Positions 15,101 through 30,100 of a DNA stretch of 64,000 nucleotides are shown piece by piece (the first letter of the stretch is position 1; every line of letters begins with the position of its first letter). The notes under the pieces were generated by a model. It was given only the letters and a program-made list of their open reading frames with translations, was not told the origin of the DNA and searched no databases. The stretch comes from Antedon mediterranea. Taxonomy: Eukaryota; Animalia; Echinodermata. The stretch covers positions 16,076,871 to 16,140,870 of the forward strand of contig NC_092676.1 of NCBI RefSeq assembly GCF_964355755.1. Direction: 5' to 3'. The position numbers were made by a program, and so were the translations under genes.

Positions 15101-18100
15101 AATAGATTATTAACATATAAGCCTACTTCAATGATATAATATGGTCTGCTCTTACTCATTGTAGTAAAACATTACACAGGGTATTTATACAGGATTGAAC
15201 AATGTTTACACATATATACAATACATTACTTATGTATACATATTTGTTTTATCATATTTAGATTTCAACACAATACCAAAATATTTTCTATAATCTTTTT
15301 ACCTCAGACTGTGTAATATTACTTATATATATTTATTGATAGATAGATAGATAATATAACCTGTATCATATTGTTTATCATTGCAATAAAAGTGGGTTTC
15401 CCCCACAAAAGAGAAAAAAATTACTTATTGCTGCAAACTAAAATAATTTATAGTTATTTACTGCATAAATATATCGCACTTTTTGTAACATAATTATTGC
15501 TACACAATATCAAGGGATTTCGATTTTTTTCATTTGATGATGATGGTGAAGCAACACCAATTTTATATACTAAATATTGTCATTACAAACAGCAGATGCT
15601 GGTAATAGCGGGATGAATGGTTACCTTATCAATACCGGTAATCACAAACATGTGTCTTCTGATATCATTAAATAGATATTAAATATGAATATTAATGGTC
15701 CAATTCAAGGTCCTTACAACCATTTTACTTTTAATTAATCCATTAAGTAAAATTGCAGATGGACAAAAATCAAGAATTAATTTTAAAAAGTATACAATAA
15801 TAATATTGGGAGAGCTGGGGAGTAACATCTTACCGGTGACGGCATTAGCTTTTGTCTCTCTGAATTTTCCTACAGCTGATACAGTATACTGTATTTATAT
15901 TTTTAGATTATATATTTTTGTACTGTTGAAATGGATATAATAAATAAATGTATGGGACATTAGCAAAATACGTACACATTTTATTAACAAATTATCAATA
16001 AAAAACATTTAAACATAGTTATTGTTTTAAGAATACATTTATAGTAGGCCAGAATTTGGGACACTAAAGAAGAAATTTTGGAAAAATAAAAATGTATTAG
16101 TGTTTGTATTTTGGTAGAATTGGTGATGTCCAACTAAAACTGATCATATGACTTGTGAACACAAATGCCAACTGTGAGTAGAGATTTGAATTTTCATCCT
16201 GTCGAGATTAGTATGCAAATAAGCTGCTAATATTTTTTAGCATACATAAAATGACCCAAAATAGCAAAAATAACTGGGGTGTATGTAAATGAAGAATATT
16301 TAACCTGGTGAAATTGGCTCATTCCACACTGACTATAATAAAACTTTGTCAAAAAAAAAGAAAAACAAATTATAATTATACTAATTTAAAATATAATATA
16401 TTTAAATAATAAAAAAAACACAATACAGTACATTCACTCAGTAACAATGAAACAATTTTAAAATGGTGGGGTTATTAGTATAATTTATAAAATTATAATT
16501 CTATATAATCCCACTGGGAGAACAGTTTTTTTTTACTGGGAAGGTTACCCAGTATAAAGAATAAATAAATAAATAAATAAATAATAAAGATCTAAAAAAA
16601 TAATAAATATTATTATGTAATCTTTAGATAAGAAAAGATGTAGATATATTCCTTTTTTTGTGTACAGTGGCATGTGCGCCTATCCCATATTCTTAAGTCA
16701 ATAACCTATACTATACACAGTGGTTATTTTTTTAAAATTATTCCAATAAAATTTAATTAATTAACAATTAAAAACATTTTTTTATTTATTACACTGTGGC
16801 TAAAGTACTTACATCGTAAATATGAAGCTGAAAGAAAATATTAAAAACCTCTGATTTCTTCTTGTGTAAATATTACTGTATATTATACAGAACAATATAT
16901 TAACACACACACATAATACACGAACTCAAAGCCTTATCTGAATCCCATCATGCAACAGCTTCTACGACGACGATCTAATACATTCAAAGGTGAACTGCGT
17001 GTCAACTCACGAAGCATTTTAGCTGGGGATTAACCGAATCAAAGGTAATAAATTTAACGAGGTCTGTAGCAAGTTTAACCGAAGCTCTTTGTTAAAACAG
17101 TGTTCAAAGATCCAAAAACAACAGTTGTTTTTGGTTACAATGTATTTGATTTAAAACGACGTGATGTGAATAATGAATTAATTTAATAGGAAATATCAAA
17201 TTGCACCAACTAAAATGATATAATAATTTGTAATTATTACTACAGCCAGTGCAATTCGTATTCATAACACAATATTATAATCAAATATAAGATTTTTTTT
17301 TTAAGTAAAAAATTGAACTCAAAAAGATAAAATATTTTTTGGCGGGACTGCCTAAGACAAGTTAATATCTCAACAATTAAATTTATAAGGATAATCCTGT
17401 AGTTAATAATAATAATTATGATAAAATAATAATGATGAGCAGATCATAAATTTACTGAGCATTATACAGAATAATTTCAAATGTAAACGAATATATTAGA
17501 TTCAAAAGTCATGGAACATGGAACCAAAGACCAACAAAAAACTAAACAATTTAGTAAGATTAAAAAATAATAAGATTATACAAGTATTACTGATCCATAT
17601 TAAGGAAAGGTACATGGCAATGATTGCGATTGAGACTATACGACTATGATAATATTCTTATTATTGATATATTATAATATATCTTAATGTACATTACTGT
17701 TATAAATATTTAAATATTTAGCACTGTAGCTTGGTGGTTGCCTTCCAATCTAAAGGTCCAGGGTTCAATCCTGACCTAGTTCCACTCATGACTCTTTCAT
17801 AATATCTAAATCATTCTTGAGTTACATGGCAGATTTAAAATCATCTTTTTTAACATAACATTAACATATGACAATTAAGTACATATAATGAATAATGGAA
17901 TGGAAAGAAATTTGTTTAATAGTAAAGTAGCAGATATTTTCAACCTGCGCTGTATAGATTTCATCTGTGTTTTCTATGAATTTCAACTTGAACAGATGCC
18001 TAAAATTTAATGCATTTTGTGTGTTTGATGTGGCTCAATGAATACTGATTCGTTGCTGCAAGAGATGTGTGAAATAGGCTTTTAAAATGAATCTCATATT

Positions 18101-21100
18101 GACAACTTATTATTCTTTAGTTTGACCAGATTGACATGCCCAAATTATTACGAGTTCACATTGTTATTGAGATTGTTGTTACACTGATTTAAGGCAACAA
18201 AAACTTTCTTTTAAATTCTAATTAATACTGTTTGTTAATATCGTAATTGCATATTATTATTAGGCTATCCCTCTCTGTAGAGTGATAGCCTATTGTAATG
18301 GTCAAAAAATTCATTTTTTCTGCTCATTTTTGTGCGCAGCAGATCTCTAAAACGGTGAAAGCTGTTCAGCTGTAACTCGGCCAGTAGGTGCACGTATATA
18401 TGTAGTTGTGCACCCGACTTTTTTGATTTTCTGAAATTCTTAAATTGACTATAACTTAAAAACTAACAGCCTTTTTTAAATGAAACTTGGACACACGTAA
18501 GCTTCATGTCAAGGGGCATCTTCATATCATCAGCAACATTTTGAAGATTAGGTCACCATGACGAGTTTGTTTGTTTTGCTACAGACATCATACTATGATG
18601 TATAAGATGCACAACATGAAACATGATCAATATTAATAAAGACTTAACAATCGTAATTATCTTACCATTCATTGCAAGTAATTACAATATAATCCCATTA
18701 TATTATTAATATCCTTATGATGAGCATGTAGGTAGAATTCCTACATTATGTGATAGCAGTCTGCAGTCATGCATCAAGTTGCAAACTGTGTGCATACTCT
18801 CCTTAATACTTCTAATGAATGACAATGATTTTTACTGTATTATGCCTGTTATTCATAGATGGTGATGGAACTGCTACACACGTTGTATTTGATTGGTTGT
18901 AATTTAACAGAAGCTCTTCAGTGTTTTATTTAATATAGTAATTATTGATTCTTATTGATTGTAAATTAGCGACGCGATTGACATTCCAAACTGCTACAAC
19001 TACTGTAGATCAATTGAAATATTTATGCAAGACAAAGGTAGTGGAATTTGAATTAGAAATAATCCATTCTGAATATATGATACTAGATAAAAGGCACATG
19101 AAAGGAATTCCACAAAGACAAAAAAATAATAAAAAATCCGGGAAAAAATAATAAAATAAATTTCTTGGGTAAAATATAGAATGTTATAAATGTCAAAATA
19201 AATTGGCCGTCTTATGGAAAGTTTGAGAGATTTGCTGGTTTGAGAGATTTGCTGAGTTAAATTAATTTCTCTTGTGTGTGTATGGGATAAATATAAAAAG
19301 CATAGCCATGAGATGAGCTCAAAGTGCGAGTCTAATACCACATACAAGAAAATTGGCACGAAAAAAGTGTCGATATATTATGTCCACTTGCCCGAAAATG
19401 TGGGTCTATTCATTCAAATTGAACCTGTAACTTTAAAGCAACAAGACAAAATGCTACCATAAATGACGAAACCACTTTCAAAAGTTGCGAAAAAGTCAAA
19501 TAAATATATATTACATTACTTGCTGAACTTTTTATAGACTTTCTATATGACTTAAAGTTGTGCATTTACGAGAGCAAAGCAAGCAAGTCCTGGTTGTCTG
19601 GAGACCATCAAAGCGTGAGCCCTTGATGTTGGAAAATCTCTTAAGTAATAAATTAATGTGATAGGAAGAGAAAAGTAGTATTTATCAATGAGTTTGTCTC
19701 GTCAAAAAGGTTGAAACGTGGCATACTGTACTGGTGACCTGTACGGTATTTGAAATCTGGTCAAGCTTACAGAAATAATAATCACAATGTTCATGTTATT
19801 GTACTGTTAATGTCAACACCTGCATTTATTTATTTTGACAATGAAGATACCTTTTAATACATACACGACTAAAAATAAAATACAATAAAACATGTTAAAA
19901 CATTGTCATGATATTTAACATTAATATTCTAATATATTTATTATCAACCTCTTATTACTAATGTTGCATAAAATACAAGATGAATATTCAAGAGTGTGCA
20001 GGTAAAGTTCGGATATATAGAATCTAGACAAAATTATTACAAAGTGGATGTAAATAATTAAAAAACTAAACTTGATTTTCGGGAAATCTATTGAAGTTTT
20101 AATCAATAAAAACATTAGGACACATTAATTTTGGAAGTTATTCCAATGATAAACATATTTTATGAAGCATGTGTTTGCTGTTAAATGTTGTGGATAAATA
20201 AAAAACATTGGGGCAAGTATAAAGATAATATCCTTTATATAACCCATGCTTAAGTATAATTCTACCCCTATGTAGGACTTTGACCATTTCCATTTGTAAT
20301 GAAATCTAAGTATAATCAACCCCCCATTTTCGCCAATTTCATATCCAGAACCTTTTTGACTATTACTTGGTCATTAAAGGAAATTGAAAAAAGCATAACA
20401 AAGACATTTAAAAAAGAATCAGGGCTTCAATTTTCTCGTCACTGGCCAAGCTGTAGACATAAAGCTATTTAATACTGTTTTATGATACAAGACTAGATGT
20501 TTATAAAAATATAGTATAGGTGGAAATTACAAACATGACAGCCTTGATAGAAGTGAAGGTATTTAGGTGAGAAAATTTAATTAAATAATACATATGATGG
20601 CAGGTACAAATACTCAGAATTGGAATGAGAATCAATGCTGTTATTCTACATGAATCAATAGGCAATATCACTGCTGAGTCTAGAAGCATTCTTAGGATTC
20701 AATGTACTTTCTCTACAATATTAAATGCCTACTTCAAGGTTCGTTATTATGGCAAATTTAAGTTTGTGTACACAATAAGGTTTTTATACACATATGTGTG
20801 ATGTCATCATAGCAAGTACACAAACAGGTTTTACACATATGTGTGATGTCATAGCAAGTTATTTGTAAAAGGCCTAATCTGTTTTTTGAGAAATACTGGT
20901 ATTCAAAATGTGTTTTTAAAGGTAAAAAACGAATTTAGTAGTTTTTACAATTCAAGAAAAGTCAACTTTTGGGAAAGTTTTTTGTTTTCAGAAAGTGAGG
21001 TATTGGGAAAGTTGAATGTAAACTGGCACTATTGCTCTGATTATTCCAAATTCAGAATTTTGTTTAAAAAACCCAATTACAGTGGTAAATTTAGTGACGT

Positions 21101-24100
21101 GTCAAATATTCTGATATGTGAATTCATAACAAAGTACTGTTTAGGTTAAGTATTATATGTCAAACAAATTGTTTCATATATGGTTTTACTGAGCGCGCTA
21201 AACACTTAAGCAATGCCTCCGATTGAAAAACATTCTAAGCAAATATTGCATTACAGAAACAATATTTGAAAAAATTCACAAAATATAATAAGAAGTTAAG
21301 ACAGAACGTGCTACAACATTTATAGTGTAAAATAAAGACTACATTTGTTAGTACTAAAATTCTCAGTTAAAATATATAATTATTTATACTATATAGACAT
21401 ATATTATTAACATTGAAATACAGTTATTGTTAATGAGCTGGTACCATATTAAATTCCTACAACAATTAACATTTTATACCCTTCTGTTCTACTGCGACAA
21501 TCAACCGAAAAAACATCCAGGTAAAATTGATATTATCATTCCTCTCCTAAAATAATAATAATCAGAAAGGCAAACACTTACTAGGTAATGTTATTTAGTA
21601 TGTAACTACAATATACAATTATTATATTACAATTCATTAATATGTAACATATTTTGGTGCTAGTGATAATTCCCTAAATAAACAGTAACATCTCATGTAG
21701 TAAAATTACCCATTTGAAAAATAAAAAAAAAAAACATAATAAAAATAAACCCCAAAAATATTATTTTTCAAACAAAATTGTAATCATGAGCACTGCAATA
21801 AAATGCTAAATGTCAGAGAGAAAATTAAAACAAATCTCATATAGAAGTCACTAGGATTATTAAAAAAAATATTTCCTAACCCATGACATAATGCAACAAA
21901 TAGGAAGGTGTGCAGTATAGCTTTTAAAAGGGGCCTTCTACAACCAACATATCTCAACAACTTGAGAACAACTTTGGTGAAATTAATGTTAAAGTCAGAC
22001 CATATGAGTACAAGGATTTTCTGTGTTGGGTTTTATTTCGTTAAAGGCCTTTGATTACCCTGGGTTTTTTTTCATTATTGTATTTCAAGTTTTGTAGGCA
22101 ATTTAGGCATTTATTAGAAATGACAGTTTGAATAAATTACTAATCTTATCTTATTTATAATAGGACGATAACGATCAACACTAACTAGTTAAATATACAT
22201 TTTTCTACATAAAACAAAAGAAATTGATACAAGTTTTCATCAGTTTTTTTCAACTATTTTTGGATAACCCATTTATGCTACCTTGTCTAATAAAATTTGA
22301 TTAGTAAGATCAATTGAATAACAAATGTTATTGTTCTTATTGATCATGATGTCATTTGATTGAATTTTTAAAAATAGTATTTTTATCCAAAGCAGCATAA
22401 ATGGTTATCCTATTAATTATAGTTCTAGAATGAGAACTTTTCTAATTTCTTTTGCTAAAAAAAAATGTATGTTTATCTAGTTATTGTTGATAGGCCTTTA
22501 TTTCGTTAAAACACATAATCCTAATCTATTTTTTTTTCGCTTAGAAGTTCATTCTGAAACCAACCAAAAAATTTCCTTAAATTTCCCTTACAGCTAATTT
22601 GTAATACTAGTACTAATAATAATTTATTATAATAAAATTTATTCCAAACACTGGTGGGATTAGAATCCTATAATATGATAAGATTAAATATTCATAATAT
22701 AATTTGTACATCATTATTACTGTTTAATTATTTTACACAGGTATTAACGATTTCTTTCGGCAAACTTGGTCTAAATAATATTAAGGATGAGATAAATAAT
22801 TATTTAATTATATATTTACTTAATATTAAATAAGAATCAAGGGATTTAAGAATGGGTGACAACAGAAAAGATGAGAAATCTGTAAAATGTAAAAAATTAG
22901 ATTCGAACTCAGTCTCTTCTGCATGATATGCAAATGCCTGGTTGTTAGACCACATATGCTTTCATGGGATGGTCAGTCAGTAAATTAACCTAACTTCAAA
23001 GACTTTTAATGTAAGGTGAAAGAAAGATATTGTTCTGAAAATATTCCCTGTTTGTTTAAAGTTCACTGAAGTACTGTGAGTAACTAAATATATAATATTA
23101 ATTGATAAATAAACATCATTAACTGTTAGTAATTAAATATATTTTTATGGTATAGTATCTACCAAAGAAAAATGTAAACATATATTTATATTGTTAATAA
23201 TATGTATATTTTTATTACCCTAAACAATAGTGAACTCAACCTGATTAGCATAAATTAAAATGAATTATAATTGCGTATCCTTTATTAGGTAATTTGATAG
23301 CAGGTCTAAAGTTGTTCTACCAATTCTCTACTTTTTTAGTCTAATATATTGAAACTAATAAAAAATAAAATAAATCCTTGAGTTGCTTTGATGGAAGCAA
23401 TCGACCCACTACCAAACTTTACAATTTTCAAAAAGGATACATTTTGTAAATGGTTTTGTTACAAAATGACATTTGTTTTATGTCTAATAGTTAATTGCTT
23501 AAGATTCCAACACCAAAGTGTTTGTTACTTTCCATTAATCTTGTTGTCTTGCCATCTTGCATCACGTATAGCACGATAATAAACAAATCCGTGAAATGTA
23601 TTCCCTAAATCAAATTTGGTAGTGAGTCGTTCGTAAACTTAATTCTGTCCTAAAAGAGAATAGAGATAGCGAGAGTGTAAATAAAGCAAATTAGAAGAGT
23701 AGCTATTTACTATAAGAAATTAAATGTAAATAAATAATGTATCAATTAAACAAAATATCAAGAAAAATTACAGAAAAAGTGTTCTGTTATCATGATTGTT
23801 TTCGTATAGTGGTCTTTTTAATAACAAATTGTTAAATAATTATGAGATGGTTGAGCGGTTAAGTCAGTGGAACCATAATACGTAGCCATAATATCAGCAA
23901 GGGTTCGAGGCTTACTTGCTCCATGGTTTAGTGGTAGTCTTCTTCGATAAGGACTATAAACCTCAAGTCCAGTGTGCACTCTAGCTCATGTGCACTTTAA
24001 GAACCTGGTACATCTTTTGAGACAAGTAGGGGGTTACCCTGGTGCACTAGTAGTATACACATTGCCACTGTCACACAGAGTCACTCATCATGACTGGGCA

Positions 24101-27100
24101 CTTCGAGAGACCAGTCTTTGACTGAAGAGGTCACCGGTATAAATATAATTTTTTTTAAAATCCAATAAAAGTATGTAAGATCATTAATATCTTGACTTCA
24201 AAAGTGTTGTGCTAAGTTTGTACCTAAATCACGTGAAAGGAACAAGGTTTGCCCAAACAGGCAAAGACAAGTATACAAGCAATGACCATGATTTCTTTAT
24301 TTATGGATCGAAGAAATTATGATTATCATTGAGATCCAACTTAATGTTTTCTGATTATTCTACCAGATTCAATATCAGTTATAACATGTAAAATTTTCTT
24401 TTCTAAAAGTTGTATCTGGTAGAATTTTAATTTTGGAGTAAAAAGCTTTTGAATGCTGAGATATTGAATGCTAGCAATAAATAGGTTTGTTGTTTGTATC
24501 ATTGTTTTTTGTATCTGTATTTTATTTGTCTCATAAGTTTTATATACTGGAACTGAAAAAAGTTACCCAGTATAAAAAAGAAATACAATTTCAATAAATT
24601 AAATAAATGTTTGCATCAAGATACTTATTTTTTGATTGAAAAAATCTATTTTATTTGGCATGTGGAAGAGGTTTAGACAAACACCCATTAGATTTGTATA
24701 CTGCATCTGATAATTTTACTGTAAAATTGCCCTTAAACGTAGAGCACTAAACACTAAAACAGCAGTAGGTCAGCACATAATATAATACATATAAAATTCT
24801 ATCTATTCCTAATACTAGCATAACATAATTTTTGTATATTAATATGTATAAAAGAATCAGAGTGAATAAAGAAAACAGTTGCAGTTATAGATGAAACTGA
24901 GACAGATATTTTTTTCATGAACTTTTTGCTCTAGCTTAATGATTTCTACATAAATAATATACACACATGCACTGTTTAAAATAATAAAACGTAACTTACA
25001 ATCATTATTGGGTGTGGAGTCAGTAAGCACCTGGACATAGTTTGATGGGAAGAACCCAGTGGCACCGTTGAGTTCACCTTCCCACCAGTCTGGGTCATCT
25101 TGATTCATCACATTAATTACAACATTCTTCTGAAATGTAAGTTCATCCTCCTTCTGACTTGTGTAGGGGTAGAGAGCAATTACTTGACAAACTAAAAGAA
25201 ACAAATACCAGATGGTTATTATATTTTTTCGATTGTAAAAAAAGACTATTATAAAATTAAATAAACTTCTTCTCACTAGGAGCATATATCTAGTGCATCC
25301 AGAAAAGGCATAGATATGATTAGCATTAGTATTTACATCCATAGAAATAATGCCCATTTTTCATCACTCTTAATAATATGTATGTAGTAGAACCCCTCCT
25401 TTTAGATGCCCCTGTTCAGGGTACACACCTATTATGGGGAGACTTTCCCATGAAACAAATGTGGGGAGGCAAGCCATGGTTCAACATTTTGATCTTTATT
25501 TGATCATCAGGAATGATGATGATTCCTGATGATGATGATCAAATAAAGATTGAAACATTGAATCATGAATTGCCTCTTGTTATTTGGAGTCTGTTTTATA
25601 CTATGTTATTTAAACATAATCAGTACATCTATTGGAATGTAGGGAAGTATATGTTTTAACACTACAATAGGGTTTCTACTGTATACACATAAATGCCCAA
25701 ATAAGGCATCATATTTCACACTGAAATTGGTTAGTGCAAAGGTTTGTGCATTTGATGCTATTGTGATTCAAGTTCAATTCAATGCAAGTCATGCATCAAT
25801 GATCACAAAGCCAAATTATTGTTTCGACATCAAAGAACAATCCCATTCTTTAGCCCCTCTAGTTTAACATGTGGGATAATTTCATGCAATAAAAATTGGC
25901 CTACATGTGCTGTAGACACAGCAAAATACATAAATGATGGGTTATATTGAAAATTTTAAAAGAGACGGTTAGTTGGCCAGGGTTTTTTGAAATGCAAGAT
26001 CAGGGTAGAGTGCATTAGAAACTAAATGAACAATTTATTAGATTCTATACTACAGTAGCAATTATACTTCAAAGGAATACCAGTCAAAATAAATATAAAT
26101 ATCACAAACATTTGACTGTGAATATACAAATGATCAAGAGTGTCATTTTAATGTAGCAACTTACTCATGTTTGCAGCTGGAGTGGTTGACCTCTGAAATA
26201 TAAAAACAATACAATCAGTACAGTGCATTAAAAAAATAAAACATTTCTAAACTACAAACAAAAAGAAGACAAGTATATTCAATCTTATTTAGATCAAAGT
26301 ATATTGATTGAAAACTTTATATCAACATATATTCAATCAAATTTTTTATTATAAAGCCAATTGTCTACACTATCAAACTTTATGTGACAAAAAATGTGAT
26401 GTGCCCATATATGGACATGATGATGTCATATCACTACCATATTTTGGTATATCACTACCATATTGGGGTGCATCACACTTTTTTTGTCAAACTAATTTGA
26501 TAGTGTAGACAAAGCTTTAATATTGTTATTATGTAATAGTACTGTAATGTGTTTTTTTAGTAGTATGTAAGAGAATGCACCTTCATGTTGAAGTGTGCAG
26601 ATGTTTGTTCAATAAATTATTATCATGATAGAATCAAGATAATGAAATAGTTGTATGTTGATAAGATGAATAAATTTAACTGAATTGATTGATAAAAAAG
26701 TTAGGTTAAAACTCACCACATCAAGGGTTAAAGGTGAGGGTGCACCCAATGGAGTTGTCTTTCCACTACCACCACTTGAGGTTAATAAGGTAACATAATT
26801 TGCTGGGAACCAACCAATCTGCTTCTTTTGGCCTCGTATCTATTGAAAACACAAAACAAAAATGAAATGAGGAGTATATGAAATATATTGAGACATTGCA
26901 ACAAAGAGAATATTAATAGAACGAACACACACATCATCAAAACATGGAAAAGAGGTCTTTAGAGATCGATATGGATGTGCAGAAGGAACAGCTTCCAAAT
27001 ATAGTGTAACAGGATTGTTTTGAATCTAGTCATATAAGTTTTGGGAAATGTACAGTAAGTGAATGAACGAATCAGATTATCCTTACAAATGAATTAAGGC

Positions 27101-30100
27101 AGCCCTGAATTGATTGTTTGCTAGTTATGAGAATAGCAAGGATGCCATACTTTAGGTCTGTTTTTAAATTTATAATGGAAATAGGAAAAAGGGTGTAATG
27201 AGATTTGTAGCGTACAATGTATGATGTAAAACAAACATCCAAATTAACAATAATATTTTAATACAAACAAATATTAAAGTCAATAAATTTACACAAATTG
27301 ATAGTTTTGATAGTGTAACAGTAACAGTAAGCGGTAAACAAAAAAAACAGAATCTATGTTATTGCTTATGACCATTTACACAAAATGCGGAGCAGTAACC
27401 CGCTCAAATTGTACGTGTGAACTCGTCTGTGTAAATTGGCCTTTAGTAGTACAAGATGAACCAGCTTACCTGTTGTTCACCTTCCCACCAGCCACTTGCA
27501 TTCTTCTTACGTATCTGTATCATTTGGCCAACACCAAGCGTAAGCTGCTCAGGTCCAGTACCCTGGTATGCTGCTATAACTCTTGCAATTTCTACACAAC
27601 AATCACAAAGTTTGTTGATTATTTTTTGTTTCCAGAAAGTAATTTATTATAAATGTTATAACACACCTGAGTGTCTGGTTGAATTCTTTATACTGTATGT
27701 GCCATTCATTACTTGTACTGTGAAAGGTCTATTGAACATTCACATGACAAAAATTGGAATATGGTGCCTCAAGAGGCTGCTGATTGTTGGGTATTCAAAA
27801 CCTGTAGTGTGCAGCCTCTATAAATCGGTAGTAAAAATAAGAGATCTGCTTTTTTTTTATGGCCTTAGCCTCCTAGCCTTTGACTTTAGGATGGACATGG
27901 TGGATTAAATAAATTAGTTTTAAAAAATAGTGAATGTTTTGTATTTGTTGAATGTGGTGAATATTTCATGACCCATGATGGAATATTTGTACCATTCAAC
28001 TTATAAACATTCATTATTTTTTAATTGTTACTACATTTTCCAGACAAGTCATGTACTTGCAGTTGATGAATGTTGTATTAAAAAAAAAATAAATACACAA
28101 TGCGATCTTTATCATATGCACGATGCACTTAAATGTTAAAATCTATTAATCAAAACATATTAGGAATATGAATGCAACATGCCTTTCTTTGGTAACGTTC
28201 CTCCTTTTGCACTGAAATCAGGCATTGACAATGTCAGTTTTTGCTTACCGCCCTCTACCTTCTGAACGTAGTTTGATGGGAATGTACCTGTCTGCTGTCC
28301 TATTCTACCGGTCCACCACTCACCCTCAGTACTCGTAACATAAATAATTTCATTCGCTTCAAAATGAAGATCTCCAGGTTCCTCAGAAGAAAATGTATAG
28401 AGTGTCACATACTCTACAAATGATAATAAATCAATAAAAATGATTTGTTAATTAAATATGTTTATAAAACACCTGACACACCATTCTTGCGATTTGATTG
28501 GTTAATTACGCATCACAAGTCATTTGGAATTCACTGTAATTAACAGAAATGTGATATCTAATGGTGATAAATAACGCACTCTTATGCAGGTTCAGCTTTG
28601 TGTAAAAAGTTTCAGAATTTTTGTTGACTGATCGTGTTCGAAAATCAACATTTGCCTGTCAAAGTTGGAGAACTGCTATTCGATGAAAAATTGACTGCTC
28701 TTTCAACGCGGTTCTGCCTCATTCAACATAGAGCAGTCAATTATTAAACTCATGAAATATTTTCACCATCCAACTCTTAAAATTCATAATTTATATATTA
28801 TAAATAGATCCATTTAGAAACTTGAATCTGTATTTGTATTTTTGCTGTTTTAAAGCCGAGTAATGTAATTTCCCTTGATGAAAACATAGAAATGGATTTA
28901 TACATTGTACTAACCAACTTCAGTGGTTGCTGCTACTTCTGTTGCTATCTTATCAACATTTATTTCTGGAGCATTCGTTTTTCTGCAAAATATATAAATA
29001 TACAATTATTAACATTTGATTTGATTTGATTATTTGAGGAATGGAGTCAATGACTGAGGATACTAGGGTTAGGCATGTGGCATTACAAAACCTACCACAT
29101 TTACTCATGATAATACTAGATTAGCATTCTGCAAACTTTTTATTTCGCAATTTATCCCAGTTAAAAAAACTTCTTTATCGAGTGGGGGATCGGAACAATA
29201 TGGCGGATGTCGACCATTTGATGATGTGTTGATATTATCATTAAAAAATATTGGTATTTATTACTGTATTTAATATTTTGTATTTATTTGTATTTATTTA
29301 TTTAATCACAATCTTGTTTGAATTACAAGACCAGCCAATTCTGGCTTATGAGTGAAAAAATATATAAAATAACAACAATTAAAATAGACACGGATAAAAA
29401 CATCAAATAAAATAATAACTTTAAACAGTCTTATAATATTAAACCTCAATTTTTTTTTTTAGAGGGATAAACTAAACAAGGATGAGGGTGTTCCAGACGG
29501 TGTTCTAGGTGGAACTTATTCAAGAGGGGATGTATTCAAAGCAGAGAATTTATTTGAATTAAATAGAGTAGTTCATTTGAATTGTGACTAATTATAGGTC
29601 AATATGGTACTTACGTTTTACTTGGTGCAGCAATTAACTTGACATTAGATTTTGGAAACCAGCCTTCTTGACCATTCACATTACCATACCACCACATATC
29701 CTGTTGCTCTATGACCTTAATGACGTCACCCTTCTCAAATGATAGATGATTGTCAGTCTTGGCCTTCCATACAAACACTGCTTGCGCGTATAATGCGTCT
29801 GAATTCATGGTTTGAATCTACATAGATAGCAACATAATAGTAAATTAGTACTAGTACAATAAATAATCAATATGGCAACAAAATATATATACATTGCATA
29901 ACTACGTTTACAGTATTACGATTTTTTTATAAAAAATAGTGGAAAAAAAAAACAAATTTTAAGCTGTTTTATTTTATATATAAAACAAATGAATATTGAG
30001 AAAACATCATCCCCATTTTTGCAAATCGATGTCAATGTTTAATGGTAATATTCTTCATAAAATGTCACTTACATTCTTTTTTATTGTATATGATACTAAA

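Noticed and set aside
17720-17785. tRNA gene (also tRNA-like patches near 13810 and 22900)
   Set aside because: A/B-box remnants only, no complete cloverleaf; best explained as decayed SINE heads.
23402-23649. SECIS or functional readthrough at the T|GA
   Set aside because: No AUGA/GA quartet in the stem, and an in-frame TAA follows after two codons.
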